DNA of 64,000 bases from Candidatus Multivoradales bacterium (lineage in GTDB: Bacteria > Acidobacteriota > Thermoanaerobaculia > Multivoradales > JAHEKO01), in the NCBI GenBank assembly GCA_965248055.1, contig CBDFIJ010000004.1, positions 2,880,001 through 2,944,000 of the forward strand, written 5' to 3'. Of the stretch, positions 17,915-27,962 are shown piece by piece. Position 1 is the stretch's first letter. Each line of letters opens with the position of its first letter. The translations under genes and the position numbers were made by a program. Under the pieces are notes generated by a model that saw only the letters and a list, made by a program, of their open reading frames with translations, was not told the DNA's origin and did no database searches.

Positions 17915-19678
17915 CTAGGAATAAGAAGAGGTGTTGTGCAGCAACCACCGATCGAGCATCATCAATGCCCAACATTGTTCGTTGCGGCGGGTGAAGATTC
18001 TGGGCCGGCGAATGATCTGATTGGCGTGCAGGCGTTGCAGTGCGTCTTCAAACACGGACGGATCTTTTTGAATCCAGTTGCGAATCGAGAGGTTGAAGCC
18101 TCGCTTGGGTAGGTCGAGGTGGCCCGGTGGAAGCCGGGGCTCGACCACTTTGCGCAACACTAATTTCCCCTTCTTGCCGGTGGGGTCACGTTGCAGATGA
18201 GGGGATAACTGTAGCGCCCACTCGACTAACCGGTGATCCAACAACGGCGGGCGGACCTCCAAGGAAAACGCCATGCTGGCCCGATCCACCTTGGTCAGTA
18301 GGTCATCCGGCAGGTAGGTGTGGATGTCTGCCCACTGCATGCGCTGATGTAGTGATAGGTCTTCGCGCCAGTGGTCGCGGAAGTGCCATAGATCGTCGGA
18401 CTGAGAAGATTGTTGCAGTGCCTCTCCGACCAGGGCTTGTTTTTGCGTTGGGGTAAAGACCCCTAGGAAAGAGGCGTAGCGGACTAGTTGACTAGTAGCG
18501 CCGCGGCGTTGGCTGGAGCGACCGATGCCGGAGAACGGTGGGGCAACGGTGGCGAGAATTCGACGGGCGAAGGTCGAAGGCGCGGTCATCGCCGACCCGT
18601 ACCAGCGATAGCCACAGAAAAGCTCGTCCCCGCCTTCGCCACTTAGGGCAACCGTGACGTGTTTGCGGGCGAACCGACTGACCAGCCATACCGCAAGTGC
18701 TCCCGAGTCGCTGAAAGGCTCATCGAATACCGAAACCATGGTGTCCAAGGCTTGGCTCAGGTCGGGGATGTCGGCGACCTCCTGGTGGTGGTCGGTCCCC
18801 AAATGCTGGGCGACCCTCTCGGCGGCAGCGGCTTCGTCTCTATGGGCTTCCGATTGCCCCAGGGTGAATGTCGAGGCTCCTTTCAAGTAGCTGGTGATTG
18901 AGGTCGAGTCTAGGCCGCCACTCAAGAACACCCCGACCGGGACATCCGACAAGGTATGTTGCGGGATGACTTCGCCCAGCAGTTGATTCAGCTGTTCGGC
19001 GGCAGAGTCCAGATCGGTTATCGATTGTTCGGGGCTCGGTTGCCAGTAACGCGCCGTGCGCAGCCCGCCATCTCGCCATTGTAGATAGTGCCCCGCGGGC
19101 AACTTGTGGATTCCCTGCCATGGGGTCTTGGGGGTCGGGACATAGCCATAGGTCAGGTAGTCGGAGAGTGCCGAAATATCGAGATCCGCCGCACCTAGTT
19201 CCAGCAAAGGAGCTAGCTCCGAGGCGAACGCCAAGCCGCCGCCGATCGGTCGGTAGTAGAACGGCTTGATCCCCAAACGGTCACGAACTGCGAACAACGA
19301 TTGGTCTTGTTGATTCCAAATGGCGTAGGCAAACATGCCATTGAGCTGGTGTACCGATTCCGGTCCATGCTCCCTGAAGGCGTGCAGAATGACTTCGCTG
19401 TCGGTATCAGAAACGAAAGGGCCGGCCAGCCGAGAACGGATCTCCCGAAAGTTGTAGACCTCACCGTTGTAGGTGAGAGTGAGATCGTCGAGATGCATCG
19501 GCTGGCGACCCGCGTCGGAGAGGTCGAGGATTGACAGTCGTGCGTGGCCGATGTGGGCGCTAGGGGAGCGCCAGACTCCGGAAGCGTCCGGGCCGCGGTG
19601 ATTGAGCATTACGGTCATTCGCTCGATCACGTTGGGGTCTTCAGGGGGGCGTCCGACGATGCCTGCGATACCGCACAT
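17915..19678 (-). CDS. asnB: Asparagine synthase (glutamine-hydrolysing) family amidotransferase
   Basis: True start MCGIAG (Ntn Cys) at 19678; HRGPD, RLSILDL, NGEVYNF, FLSGGLDS, SGEGGDELF, KRGF. Confidence 0.93.
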   Translation of the reverse strand: MCGIAGIVGRPPEDPNVIERMTVMLNHRGPDASGVWRSPSAHIGHARLSILDLSDAGRQPMHLDDLTLTYNGEVYNFREIRSRLAGPFVSDTDSEVILHAFREHGPESVHQLNGMFAYAIWNQQDQSLFAVRDRLGIKPFYYRPIGGGLAFASELAPLLELGAADLDISALSDYLTYGYVPTPKTPWQGIHKLPAGHYLQWRDGGLRTARYWQPSPEQSITDLDSAAEQLNQLLGEVIPQHTLSDVPVGVFLSGGLDSTSITSYLKGASTFTLGQSEAHRDEAAAAERVAQHLGTDHHQEVADIPDLSQALDTMVSVFDEPFSDSGALAVWLVSRFARKHVTVALSGEGGDELFCGYRWYGSAMTAPSTFARRILATVAPPFSGIGRSSQRRGATSQLVRYASFLGVFTPTQKQALVGEALQQSSQSDDLWHFRDHWREDLSLHQRMQWADIHTYLPDDLLTKVDRASMAFSLEVRPPLLDHRLVEWALQLSPHLQRDPTGKKGKLVLRKVVEPRLPPGHLDLPKRGFNLSIRNWIQKDPSVFEDALQRLHANQIIRRPRIFTRRNEQCWALMMLDRWLLHNTSSYS

Positions 19679-19780
19679 GGCGTGGATGGTAGCAAGCCCA
19701 ATGACGGTCAACCAATGGCGATCAACCAATGGGGGTTTGTCAGTAGTCGAAACGCTGGAGACGGTTCGGTCTTGGGAGTA

Positions 19781-19980
19781 GACCCCGGCCCCCCGCGCCC
19801 GCCATCCCGCCGGGATGACGAAAAAGTGGGCACCGGGATGACGGGAAGAGGGCTGCCGTCGGGGTGATAAGGAAAAGGACTTCCGCCGGGATGACGAGGG
19901 AGCGGGGCGGAAACCGTGAGTTGTCGAATAATCCAATTCACGCCATTCCCGTGGGTGGCGGGGAGTGCGGCGGGAATCCA
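19781..19980. repeat. Cluster of REP-like CCGGGATGACG units and an ATTCCCG..CGGGAAT palindrome
   Basis: Units at 19810, 19833, 19859 (degenerate) and 19886; palindromic half at ~19955-19977. Confidence 0.6.
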
Positions 19981-20027
19981 TTCGATTTGTCCCACCATCG
20001 ATGTAGTGCCGTTGGTAGCATCACCGC

Positions 20028-21029
20028 ATGTCGCTTGACCGCATCGTTTACTTTGGTACGCCCGATTTCGCCGTACCATCTTTGCGGGCGATGGCCGACG
20101 ACGGACGCGCTCCGGCGTTGGTGGTCACCCAGCCGCCTCGACGCAGTGGTCGGGGGATGCGGCTTCAACCATCCCCTGTTGCGCTTGCTGCGGTCGAACT
20201 GGGGCTACCCCTGGCCGAAGTGGCGTCGGTGCGTGATGCCCAGTTTTTGGATCAACTGCGCGACCTGGAACTCGACCTTGCCGTGGTGGCAGCGTTTGGC
20301 CAGATCTTTCGCCGTTCGCTCTTGCAACTGCCCCGCTTGGGATGCCTAAACATTCACGCTTCGTTGCTGCCGGCGTATCGCGGTGGAGCGCCGATTCAGG
20401 CGGTGATCGCCAACGGTGAGGCTGAGACCGGGGTGTCGATGATGTGGATGGAGCGCGGTTTGGACAGCGGGCGGGTTCTGGTTCGCCGTCGTTTGCCCAT
20501 CGAGGCAGGAGAAATTGCCAGCGACCTGAGTAATCGTTTGGCTGAGCTCGGAGCCTCAACCTTGATGGAGATGCTGGCCCTGATTGAAGGCGGAGACGCA
20601 ATCGGGGAAGTCCCAGCTGGCGAGCTCCAAGATCCTTTGAAAGTGAGTTACGCACCACAGCTCAAGCGGCAGGATGGTTTGGTGGATTGGAACCTGAGTG
20701 CTCAAACTCTTTATGACCGCTGGCGCGGCTACCAGCCTTGGCCTGGGATCTTCGTGAATCATCGGGGCGAAGCGGTGAAGCTGATGGCGGTGACGAACTG
20801 CGAGGTGGGTGTTTCGGATGTCTCCGATTTGTGCGCAACCCCAGGCGTCGTGGCGGAGGTTAACGGGGCCAACCTAGTGATTGCATGCGGAGAGGGAATG
20901 CTGGCGATTGAGTTGGCCAGGAGACCGGGTCGGGGAGCGGTGTCAGGCCGCGAGCTTGCTGACGGCTTGCGATTGTCGGGTGGGGATCCATTTGGAGTTC
21001 CAGGATCCCAGAGTCAGGTTGGCAGTTGA
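20028..21029 (+). CDS. fmt: Methionyl-tRNA formyltransferase
   Basis: FGTPDFA, VVTQP, AFGQI, NIHASLLPAYRGGAPI, LDSG. Confidence 0.95.
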   Translation: MSLDRIVYFGTPDFAVPSLRAMADDGRAPALVVTQPPRRSGRGMRLQPSPVALAAVELGLPLAEVASVRDAQFLDQLRDLELDLAVVAAFGQIFRRSLLQLPRLGCLNIHASLLPAYRGGAPIQAVIANGEAETGVSMMWMERGLDSGRVLVRRRLPIEAGEIASDLSNRLAELGASTLMEMLALIEGGDAIGEVPAGELQDPLKVSYAPQLKRQDGLVDWNLSAQTLYDRWRGYQPWPGIFVNHRGEAVKLMAVTNCEVGVSDVSDLCATPGVVAEVNGANLVIACGEGMLAIELARRPGRGAVSGRELADGLRLSGGDPFGVPGSQSQVGS

Positions 21030-21128
21030 TGGCGAAGCGGCGCAGGTTCTCAGACACTGGGGCAAGAAAACTAGGGTTTCTAAAGCCGGGGCTCAAGAAC
21101 CGGGAATCCTGAAGCTGAGAATCCCAAA

Positions 21129-22469
21129 ATGAGAATTTCAGAAACAGAGAACTCTGCCAAGAAACAAATCCCCAACGTGCGCGCCCGCGCGGCGTCGACG
21201 ATCGATGCTGTGCTCGCCGGCGACGAAAGTATTGGTACCGCGGTGAACCGATTGAGCTCTACTGTGTCGGCGGTCGACCTGCGTCTTTTTAGACAGTTGA
21301 CTTCGGGCACTGTCCGTTGGCTCAGATTTCTTGACGTGGTGATCGAACAGGCGGCACGTAGACCGGTGGAAAAAATTGATTCCGGTTTGCGCTCGCACCT
21401 ACGCGTGGCGGTCTACCAGATCCTCTTCTTAGGCCGGGTGCCGGCGCGAGCGGCAGTGTTTGAGGCGGTCGAGCTCGCCAAAAGAACGTCTGGAGTCGGG
21501 GCCAGTAAGTTTGCCAACGGAGTTCTCAGGTCGATCGCCCGCAAGCCTGAAAGGGACCTGTGGCAACTGGAAACCGACGACGCGGTGAGTGACTTGGCGC
21601 TCAACCAAAGTCATCCCGAATTTCTGGTTCGCTCGTGGGTAGATCAATTCGGTTGGCGACAAACGGAAAACCTTTTGGCTACCAACAACCAACCCAAGGG
21701 CTCGTTGTCGGTGATGGGGGAGGTGTCGAAGTTGGTCGAGCGACTCTCCGCCGAAGGCGGATCGGTCGAGTTGTCGAGCATCTCACCGGTGGGGTTGATG
21801 GTTGACGGAGTCGGCGTCAAGAAGGCGCTAAAGGTGGGTGGCTACGTGCAAGACCAAGCCAGCCAAGCGGCGGCTTTGGTGCCACTGCCGCGCGCCGGAG
21901 AGACTATTTTCGATGCCGCTGCCGCTCCGGGTGGAAAGTCGCTAGCGCTGCTGGCGTATCAGCCGAGAGTCAAGATCGTGGCTGCCGACAGCAAGCCGCG
22001 CCGCATCAGGAGATTGGTGAGCAATCTGGGCGAATCGGTACAGATCTTGGCTGCCGATGCACTCCAGCCCGCGGTTCGAGGCGGATTCGATCGGGTCGTG
22101 TTCGATGCACCTTGCAGTGGCACCGGCACTCTGCGCAAGCATCCGGAGTTGAAGTGGCGCGTTAGCGGCTCAGAGATTGACCGACTGAGCGCGATTCAAC
22201 GTTCCGGTTTGGCCTCACTGGCGCCTCTGGTAGCACCTGGTGGGTTGCTTTGCTACATCACTTGCTCGATCGAAAGGCAAGAAAACCAGGATGTGGTTGA
22301 CCGGTTTCTGGAGACCAACCCGGGGTGGCAGTTGGAGCCGTTGCAGCAACCTGAGGCGCTCCCCGAGTCGCTGCAGCGGTCTGTATTGGGTCCAGGACGC
22401 TGGCAGCTACTGCCCGCTGACGACCACGACGGTGCGACGGTTCACGTACTACGCCGACCCATGCGCTGA
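21129..22469 (+). CDS. rsmB: 16S rRNA m5C967 methyltransferase (Sun)
   Basis: NusB-like N-terminal domain, QDQAS, AAPGGK, DAPCSGTG, TCS; follows fmt. Confidence 0.9.
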   Translation: MRISETENSAKKQIPNVRARAASTIDAVLAGDESIGTAVNRLSSTVSAVDLRLFRQLTSGTVRWLRFLDVVIEQAARRPVEKIDSGLRSHLRVAVYQILFLGRVPARAAVFEAVELAKRTSGVGASKFANGVLRSIARKPERDLWQLETDDAVSDLALNQSHPEFLVRSWVDQFGWRQTENLLATNNQPKGSLSVMGEVSKLVERLSAEGGSVELSSISPVGLMVDGVGVKKALKVGGYVQDQASQAAALVPLPRAGETIFDAAAAPGGKSLALLAYQPRVKIVAADSKPRRIRRLVSNLGESVQILAADALQPAVRGGFDRVVFDAPCSGTGTLRKHPELKWRVSGSEIDRLSAIQRSGLASLAPLVAPGGLLCYITCSIERQENQDVVDRFLETNPGWQLEPLQQPEALPESLQRSVLGPGRWQLLPADDHDGATVHVLRRPMR

Positions 22470-22491
22470 GCTGCCGCTAGCGAGAAAGTGG

Positions 22492-23559
22492 CTACTCGAC
22501 CAGGCCGCCGGAGCGTTCCAAGAGGGCGCTGACCAGTACGAATTCATAGCCTGCCTGCTGCGCTCGCGGGACCCATTCATTGAGGGCTTCTAGAGTTATT
22601 TGATGAGGATGCCCGATGACCACGGCAGCGCCGTCGCGGCGCGCAACTTCCATGGCCCGCAGGAATTGTCCCCCGATCCAGTCCGCCGACAATTCTCCGT
22701 CCAAGAACACTTGTCGTTCGGTGGTAGGGATGCCGATTTCTTTAGCTAGCGAGTACCCGGCGCTTTGGGCACTGGTACGAGAATCTAAGAAATAGAGGCC
22801 CCGTTGTTGGACCACGCCGAGAATGGCGGCCATAGATTCACGGTCGGTGGTCAAACTGGATCCCATGTGATTGTTGACCCCGATTCGACCTGGGACCGCG
22901 TCCAAAGCACTCTCGGTGGCGGCCATCAGCTCTGCGACTCCCATCGACGAGGTCAACGCGCCGGGTCCGGGGTTGGCGCCACTGGCGGGTTCCATCGGCA
23001 GGTGACAGATCATCTCGTGTCCACCGGCGCGAATTGCTTCGACCACTTGCGGCGTGCGAACTTCGAACGGCAGCACGGCGAAGGTCATGGGGACGCCAAG
23101 CGCTTCGAGGTCTTTGACGTCAGAGACTTTGCGTCCGAGATCGTCGATCACCAGGGCGATACGGGAAACCCCCGAGGCTGGCAGCATGGAATCAGGATTG
23201 GCCGGTGGCTCTTCAACCGCGACGCTGGGGACGGGATATTCAGCCTCCGGTCTCGGCTGGGTTGACGCTGCAATGGGTTTGTCTTTTGTTGACCTAGAGG
23301 CTTTGGGTGTAGAGCTGCCAGTGTTTTTTGATTTCTCTTCCTCGACCTTGGTGGCAGAACCACTGTCGGTGGGGAACCAATTTTCGAAGCCACCTCCAAG
23401 GTAGAAACCAGCGGCGAATACCCCCACAACCACCGCGACCCACAGCGGCAGCACCCATCGGGGTCGAGTCGAACGGCGCTTGCCTCTCGGTTTTGAGGTA
23501 ACTCGAGTGGACCGTTTCTTTCCCTTTTTCTTGGCGGCGGAACGCCGCTTGGCAACCAT
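22492..23559 (-). CDS. Divergent polysaccharide deacetylase (YibQ-like)
   Basis: IALVIDDLG, HLPMEP, NNHMGS, FLDSRT, IGHP; basic N-terminus plus TM anchor. Confidence 0.92.
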   Translation of the reverse strand: MVAKRRSAAKKKGKKRSTRVTSKPRGKRRSTRPRWVLPLWVAVVVGVFAAGFYLGGGFENWFPTDSGSATKVEEEKSKNTGSSTPKASRSTKDKPIAASTQPRPEAEYPVPSVAVEEPPANPDSMLPASGVSRIALVIDDLGRKVSDVKDLEALGVPMTFAVLPFEVRTPQVVEAIRAGGHEMICHLPMEPASGANPGPGALTSSMGVAELMAATESALDAVPGRIGVNNHMGSSLTTDRESMAAILGVVQQRGLYFLDSRTSAQSAGYSLAKEIGIPTTERQVFLDGELSADWIGGQFLRAMEVARRDGAAVVIGHPHQITLEALNEWVPRAQQAGYEFVLVSALLERSGGLVE

Positions 23560-23597
23560 GTTTTTGTTTGGGCTAATCAGGTCGACCGGGAGAAGGA

Positions 23598-24812
23598 TTA
23601 GGCCGCACGCTCCAGATCCTCAGACCGTAAAGCTTCCAGGCCGCGTTGTTCGGTCAATTCCTCAAGGCTCTGGTCTTTTTGTGAGAATCGTCGATCCCGC
23701 CCGGTAACCACAATTTCCGGTTCCAAGGGTTCGTTCCAAGCACCCTCGATCGGTGGGCCGAAGAAACCATCCGCGGTACGCATTTCCGCACCCTCGCCGA
23801 CCGGTAGCCAAGATGGCTGGCCTAGATATCCAAAGCTGTTTTGGCCGACGGTTTGAAAGTTGTTAGCGAGTAGTCGCGCGAGCAGTTCGCCGGCGCCATG
23901 GGTGGAGCGGCTCACCAGTACCACCACTCGGCCACCCCAGTGTTGGTCGCCAGCGGACGTGACGTGGGTGCGGTCGCCGTTTCGGGCGATGAAGTCAGCA
24001 CCTCCGGCGGAGCCCAGTGCCTGGGCGATTTCGATCGCCGCGTTGTAGTCCGAGCCCCATGCTCTGCGCAGGTCGATCAAGACTCCGCTCAAGCCTGACG
24101 TGGTTGCCTCAGAAAGAGCGGTGGAGATCTGTTCTACCGCGCTTGGCGAGGGTCGGTACAGACGTAGGATCAGGTCGTTGTCATTCACAGTAGTGGTGAG
24201 ATCGAGTATTTCACTCTCTGTTTGGGTGAGTTTTGCGACCCACTGGTCACCACCGCGCAAGATACCCACTGAAAGGCCACCCTGGTCGATGGGTTCGGCC
24301 TCGGAGTCGTCGGTGCCGTCGTTGGGCGTATCCGCGATTGCCATCGGGATCTGCGACAGACGAAGCTCTGCGTCCCAAAGGGGCAGGTTGCGGGTCGGCA
24401 CCCCACCGATCTCGGTGATGATGTCTCCGGGTTTGATTTCGGCCGCTTCTGCAGGGCCGCCGGGGGATAAACCGATGACAAACAAAACCCCACCGCCGTG
24501 GCCGAGAATCATTCCCGAAGGTGGCGGGCTGTCTGACAGTGTGCGCAGTGCTTCTACGTGCTCTGATGGGACCAAAGTGCTGAACGGATCGAGAGCATCT
24601 CCGAGCCCCTGAAAAGCTCCGGCCATCAGTTCCGATAGGTCGACCTCGTCAACGTAGGCTTGCCGTACCAGGCGCAAGACATCCTGAAAGACTGGAAATT
24701 GTTTAAAAAAGTCGTCGTCGCCCGGATCTCCGGCGACCGCAAACGAGGCAATCGCTAACGGAGCGAGGAGCAAGGCAGAAACTACCAAGAGTATGGTTCT
24801 GTTCCGAGTCAT
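23598..24812 (-). CDS. S41A/CtpA-like PDZ protein with degenerate active site
   Basis: YVDEVD..LDPFS, PDZ domain, IDLR; STHGAGE and SFGYLG in place of SASASE and TFGKG. Confidence 0.8.
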   Translation of the reverse strand: MTRNRTILLVVSALLLAPLAIASFAVAGDPGDDDFFKQFPVFQDVLRLVRQAYVDEVDLSELMAGAFQGLGDALDPFSTLVPSEHVEALRTLSDSPPPSGMILGHGGGVLFVIGLSPGGPAEAAEIKPGDIITEIGGVPTRNLPLWDAELRLSQIPMAIADTPNDGTDDSEAEPIDQGGLSVGILRGGDQWVAKLTQTESEILDLTTTVNDNDLILRLYRPSPSAVEQISTALSEATTSGLSGVLIDLRRAWGSDYNAAIEIAQALGSAGGADFIARNGDRTHVTSAGDQHWGGRVVVLVSRSTHGAGELLARLLANNFQTVGQNSFGYLGQPSWLPVGEGAEMRTADGFFGPPIEGAWNEPLEPEIVVTGRDRRFSQKDQSLEELTEQRGLEALRSEDLERAA

Positions 24813-24845
24813 ATCGACAGTCCTTGGCGCTGCTTGAAGAATTAG

Positions 24846-26015
24846 TTATCGGACCCAATTGATCGGGTCCTGAGGACGGTTTTCCAGCCGGATTTCGAAA
24901 TAAAGTGAGCCTTGAACGCTGCCAATCGGCTGTTGTAACGCTACCACATCGCCTTTGCTGACCCGCAGGCTGTATAGCCCCGCGTAGAGCGAAAAAACGT
25001 TGTTCGGGTGAGCGATGATCACGGTTAGTCCGAAACCCTGAAAGGTCGCGGCAAACACCACTTCACCGGAGTAGATAGCCGTGGCCGTTTGAGTTCCGCT
25101 CAAGGCGTACTCAACACCGTTGTGCGGCACTTTGGTTTTGTAGCGCGGATCGAGCTGAGGTCCGAAGCCCTTGCTGATGCCACCTGAGACGGGTGCGTCG
25201 AGGATGCCGCGAAACCGTTGAATCGGAGTCTGGTCGGCGAACGAACGGCCTTGCAGAAGGGAAATGAAATCGCCCAAACGTCGTTCGCGGTCAACCAGGG
25301 TTGCCACTGTAGTCGACAATTGGTCCCTACGTCGTTTGACCGATGACAGTTGTCCCCGTTGGCGGCGGTGGGCGTTGGTTAACTCTTGGTTGCGGTCCTC
25401 TTCTTTTTGCACCCATTGTGCGAGCTCGATTTCTCGGCTCTCTAGTTCGGTTTGTAGTCCAGCTAGCTGGGTCTTTTGCTCGAGCAGTCGTTGCCGCCGC
25501 TGATTCATTCCACCGACTAGGTAGCGTAGCCAGCGAACTCGATTGAGATCGTCGCTGTCGTTGGAAGTCGTCAGCAGGCGCAGGGCGGAGCCGGAACTGG
25601 CGCCTTGGAGTCGTTGTGCTGACGCGATCAGAACCGATTCGGTGGCTTTGACCCGTTGCCCGAGTTCCGTTGCGTCGCTCGAAAGCTGTTGTAGGTCTTG
25701 ACGTAGTCCCTGTTGTTGTTTGCGAGCTTCGGCCAATCGGGCGCGTTGGAGTTGCAGTTCAATTTCGGTGCGCGTCAACTCGTGACTCCGCGAACGCTCT
25801 TCTCCGTTCAGTAAGCCGACCTGCTCCTGAAGGCGAGATATTTCGCGGCGTACCGCGCCCAGTTCCTGTTGATGCTGGTCGGGTTGGGGCTGGGCGGTGC
25901 TCGGTAGCGCAGAAGATATTGTGCCGAGTAGAGCCAAGGTCGTTACCAACCAGCAGCCCACGGGTGTCCACCGTGAGTTCAGCTTGGGTGGGGAGAATAA
26001 GAGGCGGCGCGACAT
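24846..26015 (-). CDS. envC: Murein hydrolase activator EnvC-like (coiled coil plus degenerate M23)
   Basis: Long coiled coil; M23 domain with HNGVE, YAGL and LYFEIR (metal ligands lost, as in EnvC); envC-ctpA-yibQ synteny. Confidence 0.8.
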   Translation of the reverse strand: MSRRLLFSPPKLNSRWTPVGCWLVTTLALLGTISSALPSTAQPQPDQHQQELGAVRREISRLQEQVGLLNGEERSRSHELTRTEIELQLQRARLAEARKQQQGLRQDLQQLSSDATELGQRVKATESVLIASAQRLQGASSGSALRLLTTSNDSDDLNRVRWLRYLVGGMNQRRQRLLEQKTQLAGLQTELESREIELAQWVQKEEDRNQELTNAHRRQRGQLSSVKRRRDQLSTTVATLVDRERRLGDFISLLQGRSFADQTPIQRFRGILDAPVSGGISKGFGPQLDPRYKTKVPHNGVEYALSGTQTATAIYSGEVVFAATFQGFGLTVIIAHPNNVFSLYAGLYSLRVSKGDVVALQQPIGSVQGSLYFEIRLENRPQDPINWVR

Positions 26016-26137
26016 GGGTTCCTATGCTATCGAAAAGCCTTATTTGGCCTGATAGATACGCGGTAAGTGCGTGCTACCATCCGGGCCAGTTGGCAGTCTA
26101 AGACCTTCATCTTGACCTATCCAGAATTGTCTTGCTC

Positions 26138-27697
26138 ATGAATACCAAGCTCTCTCCCGCGGTGGTTACGTTGGCCGTTAGTTTTTTGGCTCTCAGTGGT
26201 TTGGCTTTGACCGGCTGCGGAGACGGCGGGCCCGAGTGGCCTGATGATGGTTCTTTGGTGGTGATTCTGGAGAGTGCTCCGATCAATTTGGATCCGCGAG
26301 TGGGTACCGATCAGTCTTCGGCCCGGGTGTGGGAGCTGGTTTCCAACGGTTTGGTCGGCAAAGACCCGCAGGGTGGTTTGTTTCCAGATCTCGCTGAGTC
26401 ATGGGAAGTACTGGATGACGGTACCCGCTATCGATTTCGTTTGCGTAAAGGGGTCGAATTTCACGATGGATCAAATTTCGGCTCGGAGGACGTGCTGTGG
26501 ACCTACCAGACGATGCTCGACGGCAAAGTTAAGTCGTCGAAAATTGCAGCGTTGGAACCGATCGACCGGATCGAAGCTGTGGATGAACATACGGTTGATT
26601 TCTACCTGGTGCGTCCGCATGGCCCATTGCTCGCTGACCTAACCAGCTACATGGCGATCGTGCCTCACGGAATTGGCTCGCCAGCGATGAATCGGCATCC
26701 GATCGGTACCGGGGCGTTTCAGTTTGCCTCGCGCACCGCGGATCGGGTTGAACTGGTTCCGTTTGATCGGGCGTTTGAGGGCCGACCTCATTTCGAGCGG
26801 GTGGTGCTCAAGGAAGTCGCCGACGCCACCGTTCGGGTGTTGGAATTGCGACGCGGCAGCGCACAGATCGTGGTTAACGGACTGCCACCCGATTCGGTGG
26901 TGGGTTTTCGCGGCAATCCGCACTACCGCGTCGAGGTGACTCCGGGTTCCAACTATCAGTACATTGGTTTCAATCTAGAAGATCCGGTGCTTTCCAAGGC
27001 GGCGGTACGGCGGGCGATCGCCCACGGCATCGATCGCGACCAGTTGATCGACAGCCTGTGGCAGGGACTGGCTTCCGTGACGGACTCGATGATGCCGACT
27101 GGACATTGGGCGCGCGCCGAGTTGACCGCTAATCCCTATGATCCGGCGCTGGCGATCGAACTGCTCGAACAAGCCGGCTTCCCCGATCCCGATGGAGAGG
27201 GTCCAGAACCGCGGTTGCGAATCGTCTACAAGACCTCAACCAGTGAGTCGGGGCGCTTGCAAGCGGAAATCGTGCAGCAGATGCTGGCTGCGGTCGGAAT
27301 TGAGTTGGAGATCCGTAGTTTTGAGTTCGCGACGTTTTTGAGCGACGTACAGCAAGGGAATTTCCAGATGTACAGTCTAAGATGGACCGGAGTATTGGAT
27401 CCCCATCTCTATTACCTTTCTTTGCACTCGGCGAGTGTGCCACCCAACGGCGCCAATCGCGGACAATTCCGTCACCCCCGATTCGACCAGTTGATTGAAC
27501 TCGGCGCGCAGTTTTTCGCTCCCGAAGATCGCCGTCCCCACTATTTTGAAGCGCAAGAGATTCTCAATCGGGAGTTGCCTTACATTAGCCTTTTTCACAC
27601 CCAGACGGTGGCGGTACGAGCGGCGGGAATCGAAGGCTATGTTGGCTACCCGAGTGCCGAGTTGTACAGCCTCAAGACTGCCCGTTGGGCTGGCTAG
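26138..27697 (+). CDS. ABC transporter peptide-binding lipoprotein (family 5)
   Basis: Lipobox LTGC, PDLAESW, LRKGVEFHDG, PIGTGAF, VRRAIAHGIDR; no permease genes adjacent. Confidence 0.92.
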   Translation: MNTKLSPAVVTLAVSFLALSGLALTGCGDGGPEWPDDGSLVVILESAPINLDPRVGTDQSSARVWELVSNGLVGKDPQGGLFPDLAESWEVLDDGTRYRFRLRKGVEFHDGSNFGSEDVLWTYQTMLDGKVKSSKIAALEPIDRIEAVDEHTVDFYLVRPHGPLLADLTSYMAIVPHGIGSPAMNRHPIGTGAFQFASRTADRVELVPFDRAFEGRPHFERVVLKEVADATVRVLELRRGSAQIVVNGLPPDSVVGFRGNPHYRVEVTPGSNYQYIGFNLEDPVLSKAAVRRAIAHGIDRDQLIDSLWQGLASVTDSMMPTGHWARAELTANPYDPALAIELLEQAGFPDPDGEGPEPRLRIVYKTSTSESGRLQAEIVQQMLAAVGIELEIRSFEFATFLSDVQQGNFQMYSLRWTGVLDPHLYYLSLHSASVPPNGANRGQFRHPRFDQLIELGAQFFAPEDRRPHYFEAQEILNRELPYISLFHTQTVAVRAAGIEGYVGYPSAELYSLKTARWAG

Positions 27698-27798
27698 AAA
27701 GGCCGTTCAACTCCCGGTATCCCCGGGGCTCCTACCGTCGGTGATCGCTCCAGAAAGCGGCTGTGGCGGTTGGCGAGGGCTTGCTGCGGCTAGCCAAC

Positions 27799-27838
27799 AG
27801 ATCCCTGCCCACCTCTATTCACCTCCGGCAGGGATGAC
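27799..27838. repeat. REP-like hairpin GATCCCTGCC..GGCAGGGATGAC
   Basis: Perfect 9-bp stem (27801-27809 / 27827-27835) ending in GGGATGAC like the 19.8-kb units; between convergent genes. Confidence 0.55.
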
Positions 27839-27962
27839 AGGGAGGCATCGTCCTCCGCCTACAGCAACATGGGTTGCCACGAACATCAGCTCCGTGGGCA
27901 AGGGCTTTTTGGGGTCGGGATCTTTTCCAGATAGGGAACAGAATCCCGAAGAGTGCGGGCTG

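Noticed and set aside
19810-19896. CRISPR array
   Set aside because: Repeat is only 11 bp, spacers are 12-16 bp, and there are no cas genes
19679-19981. 101-aa N-terminal extension of AsnB in the ORF track
   Set aside because: Ntn amidotransferases need the N-terminal Cys (MCG at 19678); the extension crosses repeat DNA
21029-21112. 27-codon ORF coupled to the fmt stop
   Set aside because: Out of frame with rsmB, low-complexity repeat DNA, no supporting features
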